From an uncultured Planctomycetales bacterium (GTDB lineage: Bacteria > Omnitrophota > Gorgyraeia > Zapsychrales > Fredricksoniimonadaceae): a stretch of DNA of 64,000 bases. This document shows, in pieces, positions 38,085 through 48,195 of this stretch (position 1 is the stretch's first letter; each line of letters begins with the position of its first letter). The position numbers were made by a program, and so were the translations under genes. The stretch is taken from NCBI GenBank assembly GCA_964483785.1, contig CAZACW010000004.1, positions 6,794-70,793 of the forward strand, written 5' to 3'. A model generated the notes under the pieces. The model saw only the letters and a program-made list of their open reading frames with translations. It was not told where the DNA came from and ran no database searches.

Positions 38085-39062
38085 TCAGGCGTTTCTCACC
38101 CTTTGATAGGCTTCCATCTGCCCGGCGATCTCACGGTTTCGCCAGGCCACGCGGCAATTGATGCAGTGATGGTAAGTTCTAAAAGGTTCGCCGCCGTTTA
38201 AGGCCAACGCGCGGGCCTGTGTATAGCTTGCAGATTCCCAAACTGCCTTGAAGCCGGATTCATACGCGTTGCCGACCTTCACCGCCTGCATGAAACAGCA
38301 GACATTCACGTCCCCGTTGAATTTGATGGCGCTGTTAAACCAGCCGTGAAAACACGGGGGCCACTCGCCGCTGATCTCGGCTTTGTCCTGGTGCTGCTGC
38401 AGCTGTATGTGCCGGTTTTGCTCGCTCACTTCCAAGACCCTTTTTTGCACCACATTGGCGCCAATTTTACGGACCAGGTTTTCTGTTTTCAAAAGGTTCT
38501 GCGCGTTTAACCGCGTCATCACCAAAAGCACCTCAATGCAAAAATTCGGATTGTACAAGCTCCGCAGCCTGGCCAGTTCCCTGATATTTTTGATCACCTT
38601 GACAAAGAGGTCCTTGCCCATCAAGGCGCGGTAGGATTCCCGGTCCGCCTCTCCCATATTGATCACGATATGGTCGGCCCGTAAGATGTCGCGGCAGCGC
38701 TCGATGGGAAAGGTCCCGTTGGAAATCAGATTGATGGAAAAATCCGGCTCCAGATGCCGGAGCATATCATAAAACCGCGGGTGCAGGGTGGGCTCGCCCT
38801 GGCCGGAAAGGTAGATGGTATCCACCTGAAGCTCCTTGCATTCCAGGCTTAGCCTTTCAAATAATTCATAAGGCATGAAATTTTCGCCGCTTTTGACATG
38901 GGTGCTGCCCGGGCCGTGATAATAGCAGTACTGACAGGTCAGATTGCACAGCTCCGTGATATGAAACTGCACCATGGCAGGGCCGATCAGGGGACGGCCG
39001 GACTCGACGCCTTTTAACCGCAGCAATAATCTGCGCTTCTGCTCCCGATGGTTTAAGATCAC
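38085..39062 (-). CDS. Radical SAM protein with SPASM/twitch domain
   Basis: CNLTCQYC, GEPTLHP and C-terminal CFHGW..VNVCC..CINC; the GTG start overlaps the upstream stop. Confidence 0.88.
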   Translation of the reverse strand: MILNHREQKRRLLLRLKGVESGRPLIGPAMVQFHITELCNLTCQYCYYHGPGSTHVKSGENFMPYELFERLSLECKELQVDTIYLSGQGEPTLHPRFYDMLRHLEPDFSINLISNGTFPIERCRDILRADHIVINMGEADRESYRALMGKDLFVKVIKNIRELARLRSLYNPNFCIEVLLVMTRLNAQNLLKTENLVRKIGANVVQKRVLEVSEQNRHIQLQQHQDKAEISGEWPPCFHGWFNSAIKFNGDVNVCCFMQAVKVGNAYESGFKAVWESASYTQARALALNGGEPFRTYHHCINCRVAWRNREIAGQMEAYQRVRNA

Positions 39063-40054
39063 TTGACAGCCCCCAGAGCTGATCGTCTTAATCGTTGATA
39101 ATTCTGCAGATGCCCGGCAATCTCTTGGTTGCGGCCGGCCGCGCGGCAATTGATGCAGTCATGGTCTTTTCTGAAAGTCGGCCCGCCCAGCAGGGCACCG
39201 CTGCGGGCATCGGCATAGGCCTTGGACTCCCAGATTTCCTTAAACGGCTTCTCAAAGACATTGCCGATGGTCAAGCTTTGCATATAACAGCAGACATTGA
39301 CCCCGCCGTCCAATTTAATGGCGCTGTAAAACCAGCCGTGATAACAAGGCGGCCACTCGCCGTCAATTTCTGTATGCTCTGCTTGGCCTTTGAGCATAAG
39401 ATTACGGTTGTGCGATGCGGGCTCAAAGGTCTTTTTCTGCACCACATCAGCGCCGAGCCGCAGGACCAGGCGCTCGGTCCTTAATAGATGCTCATCATTG
39501 AGATTGGTCATGATAAAAACCACTTCAATCTTAAAGTCAGGATTGTACAGGGGCCGCAGTCTGGCCAGTTCCTTGATGTTCCTGATCACCCGTCCAAAAA
39601 GGTCCTTGCCCTGCAAGGCGCGGTAGCTGTCCCTGTCCGCGGCGCCTAAATTGATGATGATGCGGTCCGCCCGCAGCACATCGCGGCAGCGCTCCAAGGG
39701 AAAGGTGGCGTTGGTAAAAATCGTGACCGCAAAATCATGCTCCAGGCGTTTGAGCATGTCATAAAATCGGGGATGAAGGGACGGATCGCCTGTGCCGGAG
39801 AGATTGACCGTATCCACCTGCAAATCCGCGCAGTCCCGGGCCAATTGCTCAAAAAGCTCGAAAGACATATGGTTTTTTCCCGACGGGCGCAAGGGGCTTC
39901 CTGGGGAATAGTACCAACAGTACGGGCAGGCCAGATTGCAAAGGTCGGTGATCCTCAGATGCACCGTGGCCGGACCGATCAAGGCGCGCTGTTCTTCGAT
40001 GCTTTTCAGACGCAAAAGCAGCCTGCGTTTTTGTTCCCGGGGCTCAAGGATCAT
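39059..40054 (-). CDS. Radical SAM protein with SPASM/twitch domain (close paralogue of 38085-39062)
   Basis: CNLACPYC, GDPSLHP and CYHGW..VNVCC..CINC. Confidence 0.88.
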   Translation of the reverse strand: MILEPREQKRRLLLRLKSIEEQRALIGPATVHLRITDLCNLACPYCWYYSPGSPLRPSGKNHMSFELFEQLARDCADLQVDTVNLSGTGDPSLHPRFYDMLKRLEHDFAVTIFTNATFPLERCRDVLRADRIIINLGAADRDSYRALQGKDLFGRVIRNIKELARLRPLYNPDFKIEVVFIMTNLNDEHLLRTERLVLRLGADVVQKKTFEPASHNRNLMLKGQAEHTEIDGEWPPCYHGWFYSAIKLDGGVNVCCYMQSLTIGNVFEKPFKEIWESKAYADARSGALLGGPTFRKDHDCINCRAAGRNQEIAGHLQNYQRLRRSALGAVK

Positions 40055-41202
40055 AAGGGGTCATGGGCGGCCAGCCGCAATTTTTCGTTTAATTTTTTGT
40101 TGATCGGCACATAACTGCAATGGCGGCATTCACGCCATTTGGATGAACAGGCATGGATCCCGGCAGATGCTTCGCGAAGCGTATCATGCAAAAAATCATT
40201 GTCGAACCAGATGTCCTTATACCGGCGCTCATTGACATTGCCGGCCACACAAACGCCCACCCCGTCGCAGGGGGCCACCACCTGGCCGTTCTCATCGATA
40301 TAGCTGTAAAACCAGCCCACCTGGCAGTTGACCTTCACTCCCGCGGTCGCATCATAGACAAGCAAGCGGTCATTGTTGGTTTTCGTAGGCGTCATGGTAT
40401 GGACATTGTCATTGTAATGGCCGTTGACGATAATGTTCTTTAAGTTTTCCAAATTATGGACAAAAGAATACCCTGCGCCCAGGGCCTCTTCCACCATGAC
40501 TTTTAATGCGCTCAAATGTTCCTCGGAAAAAACTAAATCCTTCATCTCTTCGGTGGCTTTAAAAAAACGGATGTAGACCTGGTCCACCCCCCTGTCCTGG
40601 GCCAAATCAAGAAAGGCCGGCATTTCCTTGTAGTTATGGTCATAAACAATGAAGGTCAAAACGATTTCCGGCTTGCCGTATTTACGGCGGGCAGCGAGGA
40701 GCCGGTCCAAATGCTTCAATAAATTCGCTAAAGAGCCGCTGGTCTTGCCGTGCACCCGGCGGTAGGAAATTTCATTCATGGCCGAGAGATTCACGATCAG
40801 GCGGTCCGCCAGGCAAAGATAACGCAGATGCTTGCCGTCAAAATCCAGGTGGCTGTAGGCCCGCAGGCGCATTCCCAATTCCTTGACCTTACGGAAGGCC
40901 TGCTCGGCAAAGGGGTAAAGGACGATTTCGCCCCCCTCCAGGTTGATCTCATTGACCCCGATCTCATGGCAATCTTCAAGGACGCCTTCCAGCACCTGAT
41001 AATCCAGCATCACGCGCTTCGGGGGGTTGGATATCAGCGGCGAAAAATACCAGCAGAACGCGCATTTGCGGTCGCAAGCCTGGATGGCATGGATATTGAC
41101 CGACTGCGGGCCGATGAGGGGCCTGCCCAGCAGGGCGCTTTTGGCCCTTAATTTGTCCTTCACGGCAGGAGACAATGATTTTAAGGATTCTGTATTGAGC
41201 AT
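40051..41202 (-). CDS. Radical SAM protein with SPASM/twitch domain
   Basis: CDRKCAFC, GGE and CQVGW..APC..CRHC. Confidence 0.87.
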   Translation of the reverse strand: MLNTESLKSLSPAVKDKLRAKSALLGRPLIGPQSVNIHAIQACDRKCAFCWYFSPLISNPPKRVMLDYQVLEGVLEDCHEIGVNEINLEGGEIVLYPFAEQAFRKVKELGMRLRAYSHLDFDGKHLRYLCLADRLIVNLSAMNEISYRRVHGKTSGSLANLLKHLDRLLAARRKYGKPEIVLTFIVYDHNYKEMPAFLDLAQDRGVDQVYIRFFKATEEMKDLVFSEEHLSALKVMVEEALGAGYSFVHNLENLKNIIVNGHYNDNVHTMTPTKTNNDRLLVYDATAGVKVNCQVGWFYSYIDENGQVVAPCDGVGVCVAGNVNERRYKDIWFDNDFLHDTLREASAGIHACSSKWRECRHCSYVPINKKLNEKLRLAAHDPL

Positions 41203-41912
41203 GGTTGAGCAGTTTCCAATTGCGAAAACAATAAAGCGCGTAATTCCCGGCGTGCGGTCAAGGCCTTGAGCAGGTCCAAAAAATGGGTCAGTGCCCGCCG
41301 GTCTTGAACGGATTTAAAATCCGCGTGGTGTGTCAGCACGCCGGTGAGGATTTTAAGCTTGATGCTTTGGATCAGGGCTTTAAATACATCTTCAGCCTTG
41401 TACGTACTTGTTGTGCCAAGATCATAGCGGCTGAAGGACACCTGGGCCGGGAGATCTAAAAAATCTGCCTGTATCTTAGGCTTATGCGCCCCGGCTGAAA
41501 AATATTTGAACCCCTCTTCTTCTAAGATTGAAACCGTGTTTTGATCAAACCCGTGATAAGGCGGAACAAAGCCCGGCGTAAAATCTTCTCCAAAGGCCCG
41601 GTGCATCCTGCTTTTTCCTTCCCGGATATCTGCTTGCTGGTCCGTCCATGCCCGGGAGGCCCCGAACTCATATTTGCCCTGGCCCGGCGGGGCATGGTTT
41701 TTATGCAGCCAACCGTGCTGGACAATGTCGAGCAATTGGGGCGATTTTTGTTTGGCGTCCCGTAAAAATTTGACCAGGGCAGGTTCCATGGCCCCGGGGA
41801 TCACGGCCTGCACCACGGGAAGGCCGCGCTCAAAAGCCGCATCAAAAAAATAGCGGAAGGGCCCATCCAGGGTCCAGACATCATCGTTACGTATAAAAAC
41901 CCGTGCATTCAT
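41181..41912 (-). CDS. Polysaccharide deacetylase-like (NodB/DUF2334) protein
   Basis: IRNDD, QHGWLH, FVPPY and LTHH motifs. Confidence 0.78.
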   Translation of the reverse strand: MNARVFIRNDDVWTLDGPFRYFFDAAFERGLPVVQAVIPGAMEPALVKFLRDAKQKSPQLLDIVQHGWLHKNHAPPGQGKYEFGASRAWTDQQADIREGKSRMHRAFGEDFTPGFVPPYHGFDQNTVSILEEEGFKYFSAGAHKPKIQADFLDLPAQVSFSRYDLGTTSTYKAEDVFKALIQSIKLKILTGVLTHHADFKSVQDRRALTHFLDLLKALTARRELRALLFSQLETAQPCSIQNP

Positions 41913-41945
41913 GAGGCAAATCAGTATACTATTGTTTTACTTCCC

Positions 41946-43157
41946 ATGCGCGTCTTATTCCATTACACCCACAAGCAGACCCTCGGACATACGACAAGGT
42001 CCGTGGCGCTGGTCACGGCCCTCTGCCGCCATGGCGCCGAGGTCCTCGTCTTGCAGGGCGGGCTGCCCCAGCCTTTTGTCCAATTCCCTAAGAATGCCAA
42101 GGTGCTGGATCTTCCCCTGCCCTTTGACGGCCGGGGCAGTTTTCAGGCCCATGCCGCCCCTGTTTCAGCGGCGCAGCGCGCCCCATTTATCCTGAAAACA
42201 GCGGCAGATTTTAAGCCGGATGTCTTCATCACGGAATTTTTTCCATTCGGCCGGCTTTCTTATACGCCGGAATTGCTGCCGACCCTGCGCTTCCTGCGCA
42301 AAAAAGGCGTAAGGATTTTAGCCAGCATCGGATACCCGCTGTTGATTGACCTGGAGCGGTTTCAGGACCCCCGATTTTGCGCTTTGCACAAATCCATCTT
42401 TGCCTTCTTTGACACCTTCCTGATCCACACGCCGGACAAACTTGAAACAGCCTATATCCAAAAGACCATCCCTTCCGAGGCGCTGGCCAAACTGTATTTC
42501 AACCTGTTAAAAGAACTCGAACCAAGGACCAAGTACACCGGGTATGTCTATCCGCAACCCATGATCAGTGATACCGGCAAACCTCGGGCCGTTGCCAAGA
42601 ACAAAACCGTTGTCATCAGCCGCGGCGGCGGGGCCGTGTATCCGAAGCTCATCACTTTAAGCATCGAGGCGAAACGCTTACTGGCCCCTGACATTCATCT
42701 GATCATCGCCTGCGGTCCAGCCACAACAGCAAAAGAAATGGCCTTGTTCCAATCCTGCCTTAAGCCCAAAGACCAATCCAAAATATTTCTCACGCAAAGG
42801 ATCTCAGACCTGGATGATTATTTCAAAGACTGCCTGGCCTCGGTCAGCCTCTGCGGCTACAATACCTCGGTCCAATTGATGCGTCACGGCACACCCTCAG
42901 TCCTGGTCCCTTATCAAAACAATCTCTCCCGCGACAAGGTCTTAAAAACCAATACCAATGACCAGATTGCCCGCGCCCGTCTGCTCAAAGAACGCTTTTG
43001 CGGCCTCATCCTGGACTATGACCTGATGACCGCCTCTAATTTGGCTGAGGCCATTACCCAGCAAATCCACGCCCCCCGTCCTGCCCCTGCCCCCCAGGCC
43101 TGGTTTAACGGGGCTGATCTGACAGCACGCCTGGTGCTTGAAGGTAGTCCAAATTGA
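41946..43157 (+). CDS. GT-B glycosyltransferase (GT28/COG4671-like)
   Basis: LGHTTRS, TEFFPFGR, SRGGG and SLCGYNT motifs. Confidence 0.82.
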   Translation: MRVLFHYTHKQTLGHTTRSVALVTALCRHGAEVLVLQGGLPQPFVQFPKNAKVLDLPLPFDGRGSFQAHAAPVSAAQRAPFILKTAADFKPDVFITEFFPFGRLSYTPELLPTLRFLRKKGVRILASIGYPLLIDLERFQDPRFCALHKSIFAFFDTFLIHTPDKLETAYIQKTIPSEALAKLYFNLLKELEPRTKYTGYVYPQPMISDTGKPRAVAKNKTVVISRGGGAVYPKLITLSIEAKRLLAPDIHLIIACGPATTAKEMALFQSCLKPKDQSKIFLTQRISDLDDYFKDCLASVSLCGYNTSVQLMRHGTPSVLVPYQNNLSRDKVLKTNTNDQIARARLLKERFCGLILDYDLMTASNLAEAITQQIHAPRPAPAPQAWFNGADLTARLVLEGSPN

Positions 43158-44121
43158 ACTTTTTCAAAAAGCCGTGATACGCAAAACAGCCCGGACAATG
43201 GCCTTGGGCCGCCTCTTGAGATAATTTCCGCCGCACTTGATTTAAAGCTTGGGGCAATTCTCCGTTTGACCCTAACTGTCCTGCCGGCTCCATATAGAGG
43301 CACGGATAGACCTTGCGCCGGGAATTGATAAACAAGGACCGCGCCGGTGTGGCGCAGGCACGTATGCAGTCCCGCCCGCCTTCGAGCAAAATGAGCATGG
43401 CTTCGGTGAGCTTACGGTCAACGCCCGCATAACCCTCATCCAAGATTTGACTGATTTGCCGGCGGACAACTTCGATCATCGCGGGCGTCAGGGTCGACAA
43501 GGCGCCGGCCTGCGGCATCTCGTGGCGATGATAATAATCCGAAACGCCGGATTCCATGATCTTGGGGAAAAACCTGGCCTTATAACGGCGGGCCAGCTGA
43601 TAAACCTCATGGATCTCGGCAAAATTCATTTGATTGATGGTGAATTTGAAATCCAAGGTAATCTTTTGGCCATAATTGTCATGGAGCCATCCCATGGTCT
43701 TTAATGTCTTTTGATAAGCGCCTTCCCCCCGCAAGAGATCATGGGTCTTTGGCCCTCCGTCGATGCTGATGCCCATGTACATGCCTTTAAGATAAGGACC
43801 ATAGGCGGTGAACACCCGGCGCACCCCTTCAAAATAAGCGGCGTTGGAATAGACGCCGAATTCATCGATGTCGCCGCGCTCGCGCAGCAGCGCCAGGGAC
43901 TTTAACAATCGGCCGCAATTGCGGTTGAGAAACGGCTCCCCACCGGTGACAGACACGAATTTCAATTTAAATTCCTGGGTCAGGTTTCTGATCATGCGCA
44001 CCACCAGGGAAGCGGTCATCTCATGGCGTTCTTTCTCCGCCCAGATCCCGCAATGCTGGCAATGCAGCTGGCAATGATTGGTGATCTCGACCGTTATATC
44101 ATTAAGAACAGGCTTTTTCAT
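43105..44121 (-). CDS. Radical SAM protein with twitch-like C-terminus
   Basis: CQLHCQHC, TGGEPF, SIDG..HD..RG and C..YPC..CPGC. Confidence 0.87.
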   Translation of the reverse strand: MKKPVLNDITVEITNHCQLHCQHCGIWAEKERHEMTASLVVRMIRNLTQEFKLKFVSVTGGEPFLNRNCGRLLKSLALLRERGDIDEFGVYSNAAYFEGVRRVFTAYGPYLKGMYMGISIDGGPKTHDLLRGEGAYQKTLKTMGWLHDNYGQKITLDFKFTINQMNFAEIHEVYQLARRYKARFFPKIMESGVSDYYHRHEMPQAGALSTLTPAMIEVVRRQISQILDEGYAGVDRKLTEAMLILLEGGRDCIRACATPARSLFINSRRKVYPCLYMEPAGQLGSNGELPQALNQVRRKLSQEAAQGHCPGCFAYHGFLKKFNLDYLQAPGVLSDQPR

Positions 44122-45094
44122 TCTGCAGGGTTTCTTTCAAGTCTTCGGCCCGCTGGACATTCTCATCATAATAAGGGCAGGTCTTGCAGGCTGTGTGCAT
44201 TTTTTGGATTTGTCCGTATTTGCCCAAGAGCCGCATGTTCATCATTTGAGGCGAATGCCAAAGCCCTTTCAATGACCATCGGTCCTGATGCGTCAAACGC
44301 ATCTGCGGGATGCGGCAGCAGATGCTGGTATTTTCATCATCGGACTTGACCACCATCTCAAACCAGCCGTTCAGGCACTGGGGCGGTGTCTGATCGTCTT
44401 CGCCCATCTCCGGTGCCGGGCCTTGCGGCAAGGCAATGCTTTGATTGTGCGCATGCACGTTCATCTTCTTAAAGTAAACGGAATTGACCTTCCAGCGCGA
44501 GGCCAAATCCCGCATCATAGGCCTTTGTTTGATGTTTTTGGCGTTGACGATATAAACAATGTCGATGAGAAAGTCAGGCTTGACGGAATCTCTTAAAGAC
44601 ACCAAGCGCTCGATGTTGGCGATGACGCGATCAAAGAGGTCCTTGCCCTGGATTTCAAGATATTGCAGACGGTCCACTGCGCTTAAATCGACAACCACCT
44701 GATCGGCTTTGATCACATCCTGGCAGGCCTCCAGCGGGAAGGTGGCATTGGTGAAAAGCTTGACGAACAGCGGCTGGTCTTGCAAATACCGCATCATGCG
44801 GCCAAACTGCGGATGCAAGGACGGTTCTCCGGAACCTGTGATATGGACTTGGTCCACGTTTAGCTCAACACAGTCCTTGATGGTGCCGCTGAATTTTTCC
44901 CACGACAAATAATGGGCCTTGTCAAAATGGGCGGGATTGCCCGGCGCATGGGTCCAGCAGTATTGGCAGCTTAAATTGCAGGAATTATTGATATGAATGT
45001 CAACGATTTCCGGGCCGATGTAGACCTTCTTGTCGCGCACGCCGGCGATGCGTTTTTGATACCGCTGTTCCAATTGCAAGACATCTAAAATCAT
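44102..45094 (-). CDS. Radical SAM protein with SPASM/twitch domain
   Basis: CNLSCQYC, GEPSLHP and CLNGW..ICC..CKTC; paralogous to the 38-40 kb pair. Confidence 0.87.
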   Translation of the reverse strand: MILDVLQLEQRYQKRIAGVRDKKVYIGPEIVDIHINNSCNLSCQYCWTHAPGNPAHFDKAHYLSWEKFSGTIKDCVELNVDQVHITGSGEPSLHPQFGRMMRYLQDQPLFVKLFTNATFPLEACQDVIKADQVVVDLSAVDRLQYLEIQGKDLFDRVIANIERLVSLRDSVKPDFLIDIVYIVNAKNIKQRPMMRDLASRWKVNSVYFKKMNVHAHNQSIALPQGPAPEMGEDDQTPPQCLNGWFEMVVKSDDENTSICCRIPQMRLTHQDRWSLKGLWHSPQMMNMRLLGKYGQIQKMHTACKTCPYYDENVQRAEDLKETLQNEKACS

Positions 45095-46038
45095 GGGGAC
45101 CTTCTTGAGAATAACCAGCTGCCGCTTTCCTGCATCTTCTTATACCATTGGCATTGTGCGCAGGGAATGTCCTTGCGCTCTGGTTTTTTGCCGCGCAGCA
45201 TGGCCCTGGCGTAATTCATTTTCTCATTATTAAGGATTCCCTTCAAATCATCCTCAAAGGCGTTGCCGTAATCAGCCCAATAATTGACGGAACATCCCAG
45301 GACCCTGCCGTCGGTGTTGATCTGGGGCTGCAGCCAAAGCTGGGAACAGATTTTTTCCGCCTGATAAATCCTGCCGTATTTGTCCTGGTATTCCCGGCGG
45401 TTGACAGCCCCTGTGCCGGACAGCCGCCTGATCAAGGCGGGATTTTTCAAGGGGGAGAATTCATCCCAGGACAGTTTCACAAAAAAATCCATGTCCAGCG
45501 CCCTGGCCATGCGCCTGGCCAGAGGAATTTCATGTTCATTGTGGCCGAAAGCAATGAACTGCCAACACAGTTTGGGAAAGATCGATTTGTACCTGGCCTT
45601 GTGCGCGTTGATGGTCTTGATGTGCGCCATGACCTGGTTAAAATCCCCGCCTTTCCGGTAAATCCCATAGGTGTCTTGGCTGGCGCCGTCGATGGAGCAG
45701 GTGATGCGGCCGAAGCGGTATTGGACCAGTCCTTCCAGCATGGCTTCACTGGCTGTATTAAGATTTGTCCCCGTGGCCGCGTTTAAGGCCACCTTCTTCT
45801 CATGCGCGTAAGCGGCGATGGCCAGAAGATCAGGATTTAAAAAAATCTCCCCCCAACTGCTTAATTCAATGCTCTTGACCCAGGGATTGGCATCGACAAA
45901 TCTTTTGAAATCCCTGAATTTCAAAAGCTCCGTCCCCAGTTCCCGGGCGATCTCTCCCTTGGCGGTCGGGCACGTGGGGCACTTCAACTGACATGCCGTT
46001 GATGCGTCGAGCCGCACGCTGACAGGGTTGATTCTCAT
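45091..46038 (-). CDS. Radical SAM protein with twitch domain (BtrN-like architecture)
   Basis: CQLKCPTC, WGEIFLNP, SIDGASQDTY and CSQLW..GC..CAQC. Confidence 0.87.
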   Translation of the reverse strand: MRINPVSVRLDASTACQLKCPTCPTAKGEIARELGTELLKFRDFKRFVDANPWVKSIELSSWGEIFLNPDLLAIAAYAHEKKVALNAATGTNLNTASEAMLEGLVQYRFGRITCSIDGASQDTYGIYRKGGDFNQVMAHIKTINAHKARYKSIFPKLCWQFIAFGHNEHEIPLARRMARALDMDFFVKLSWDEFSPLKNPALIRRLSGTGAVNRREYQDKYGRIYQAEKICSQLWLQPQINTDGRVLGCSVNYWADYGNAFEDDLKGILNNEKMNYARAMLRGKKPERKDIPCAQCQWYKKMQESGSWLFSRRSP

Positions 46039-47180
46039 GCTTTTATCTCCGTCCTAAATTGCCGGCAGGCATCGGCAACGGTCCTGGCCTTGTCCAGACC
46101 CATGAACGAATGCAGGGGCAGATGAAGAGCGCTTTCGGCATACCAATCGCTCACCGGAAACTTCTTTTGACTTTTGCCCCGGAATATCGCCAATCGATGC
46201 AGCGGCACGTAAGGCCTTTGCACCATGATGCCTTGGTTTTCCAAAAACCGCATCAGCCCGTCCCTGTCCTGGGCGCAGACAACAAAATTCTGCGCTACGC
46301 TTTGTGTGTGTGCCGGGTCTTTAAAAATCGTAAGACCCTGGGTCCCGGTCAAATGTTCTTCATAATAGCTTTTAATCAGATGCCGCGATTTGATGATTTC
46401 CTTGAGGCGGGAAAATTTCACCCGCAAGGCGATCAGGTCCAGGAAGCCCATGGGAGCAAATCTCTGGCCCATGTTCAAAAGTTCCGCGTCACTGCGCCAG
46501 TCTTCCATCCAGCGCCTGATCCGCTCCTCCTGCTGTTTTGGACAAATGACCATGCCTCCCCCACCGCCGCAGGAAGACAAAGGCTTATAATAAGAGAAGG
46601 AGAACGCTGCCAGGTCTCCAAAGGCCCCAAGCTTGCGGCCTTGATAGGTCGAGCTTTCCGCCTGGCAGACATCCTCGATCAAAACTATTTTCCTTTTACG
46701 GCAAATCCCTTTGATCGTCTCTATGGCGCAGGCGCGGCCGAACATATGGGCCGCGATCACGGCCTTTGTTTTTTTGGTCACGGACCGCTCAAGAGCTTCA
46801 GGGTCCATCTGCAAATCATCGGCCTTGGCTTCCACAGGGACAGGTTTGGCCCCGGCATAAATCACGGCCAGGGCCACGGCCTGATAGGTCAAATTGGGCA
46901 CCAGGACTTCGTCCTTGGGCTTGACCCCCGCGGCCAGCAGGCACATTTTAAGCGCGTCGCTTCCGGAATTGACGGCCACGGCATGTGCAACGCCGATATA
47001 CTGCGCAAACGTATGTTCAAATTCCCGGACCAGGGTCTTGATTTCATTAAGACCCTTCAGGCTTTTAAGTACACGCTCCGTTTCAGCAGCATATTCACGG
47101 CAAAGCGCCTGCTCAACCAGGAGGCTCTCGTACCTTATCGCTGCCATGCGGCTGTCCCTAAAATCTTGCGGTCTATCCAT
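46035..47180 (-). CDS. DegT/DnrJ/EryC1/StrS aminotransferase
   Basis: VNSGSDAL, IEDVCQA, FSFSYYKPL (PLP Lys) and LHLPLH; the true start may be 47148. Confidence 0.9.
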   Translation of the reverse strand: MDRPQDFRDSRMAAIRYESLLVEQALCREYAAETERVLKSLKGLNEIKTLVREFEHTFAQYIGVAHAVAVNSGSDALKMCLLAAGVKPKDEVLVPNLTYQAVALAVIYAGAKPVPVEAKADDLQMDPEALERSVTKKTKAVIAAHMFGRACAIETIKGICRKRKIVLIEDVCQAESSTYQGRKLGAFGDLAAFSFSYYKPLSSCGGGGGMVICPKQQEERIRRWMEDWRSDAELLNMGQRFAPMGFLDLIALRVKFSRLKEIIKSRHLIKSYYEEHLTGTQGLTIFKDPAHTQSVAQNFVVCAQDRDGLMRFLENQGIMVQRPYVPLHRLAIFRGKSQKKFPVSDWYAESALHLPLHSFMGLDKARTVADACRQFRTEIKA

Positions 47181-48166
47181 TCAATGCTTTCACAAAGATC
47201 GATATAATGTCTCACTCTGTCTTCGTATTTGCGGCCAGGCATGGTCTTGACCGCCTGCAGGGCGTTAAAATTGCTGATGCTGCGGTAGCTGCACTGGGGA
47301 TGCCGGGACAAATGTTCCTGCAAATCCCCAAAATACCGCCGGGCCGCAGGCAGCAAGGCCCCGGATGCATTTTTCGCGAAATCCATGAGATACAGCTCTT
47401 CCCGCACTTCTTCAGGAAAGGAAAGCAAAAGCCAATTGGCCAAAATTTTGCCGCTGGGAACAGAAAGCAAGTCCCAAGAACCCCTCGAGGGCTCGCTATA
47501 GCCGCGGCCGATCAGGCCTTGCAGGCTGTTCTTCAATTCCCAGGCACAGGCCTGGCGGTACTGATCCATAAAAATGCCTGAAGCTTCCTCGTCCCAAATC
47601 TCAAGAAAGGCCGGATGCACTTCAATGGACTTAAGCCCCATGGCAGCCAGGCATTTTAAATTATCCAACAATCTCATAACACTGGAAGGATGCACGGTCA
47701 TGGTGGCTGTCAAAGGGCCGCGGGCATTGAGCGCCAGGGACACGCCTTTGAGAATGTCCGCGTAATAATAAGGCCCGATCCCCGGACGGTTGCGCTGGGT
47801 GGTTTTTTCATCGCCGTCAATACCCACTTCCAAATTGACATCATGATGTAAAAAGAAATCCATCAGCTCTTCATTGAGCAGGGTCGCGTTGGTCTGTACG
47901 GAAATGTAACGGCTTAAATTGTCCCGGCGGATGCGGGTGATCATGGCCTGAAGCACGTCCTTGTCCATCAACGGCTCTCCGCCGGAGAAGACAAATTCAA
48001 GGGGCGATGCGGGGCGGATGTAATCCAAAATATTCTCAAACGTGTGAAGTGTGATCACCTGCCGCTGGCTGCGGTATTTATAAAAACAATAGCCGCAGCC
48101 TAAATTGCAGCGGTCCGTGAAAAAAAGCCAGACATGATTGATCTGATCGATCAAGGATTCGCTCAT
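47135..48166 (-). CDS. Radical SAM protein (anSME-like core, no evident SPASM Cys set)
   Basis: CNLGCGYC, SGGEPL, QTNATLL and GIDG motifs. Confidence 0.85.
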   Translation of the reverse strand: MSESLIDQINHVWLFFTDRCNLGCGYCFYKYRSQRQVITLHTFENILDYIRPASPLEFVFSGGEPLMDKDVLQAMITRIRRDNLSRYISVQTNATLLNEELMDFFLHHDVNLEVGIDGDEKTTQRNRPGIGPYYYADILKGVSLALNARGPLTATMTVHPSSVMRLLDNLKCLAAMGLKSIEVHPAFLEIWDEEASGIFMDQYRQACAWELKNSLQGLIGRGYSEPSRGSWDLLSVPSGKILANWLLLSFPEEVREELYLMDFAKNASGALLPAARRYFGDLQEHLSRHPQCSYRSISNFNALQAVKTMPGRKYEDRVRHYIDLCESIEWIDRKILGTAAWQR

Positions 48167-48195
48167 AAATCAGCAGTGCGGCGTCTTAGACCTCT

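Noticed and set aside
46059-47207. 382-aa plus-strand ORF
   Set aside because: Antisense to the well-supported DegT aminotransferase.
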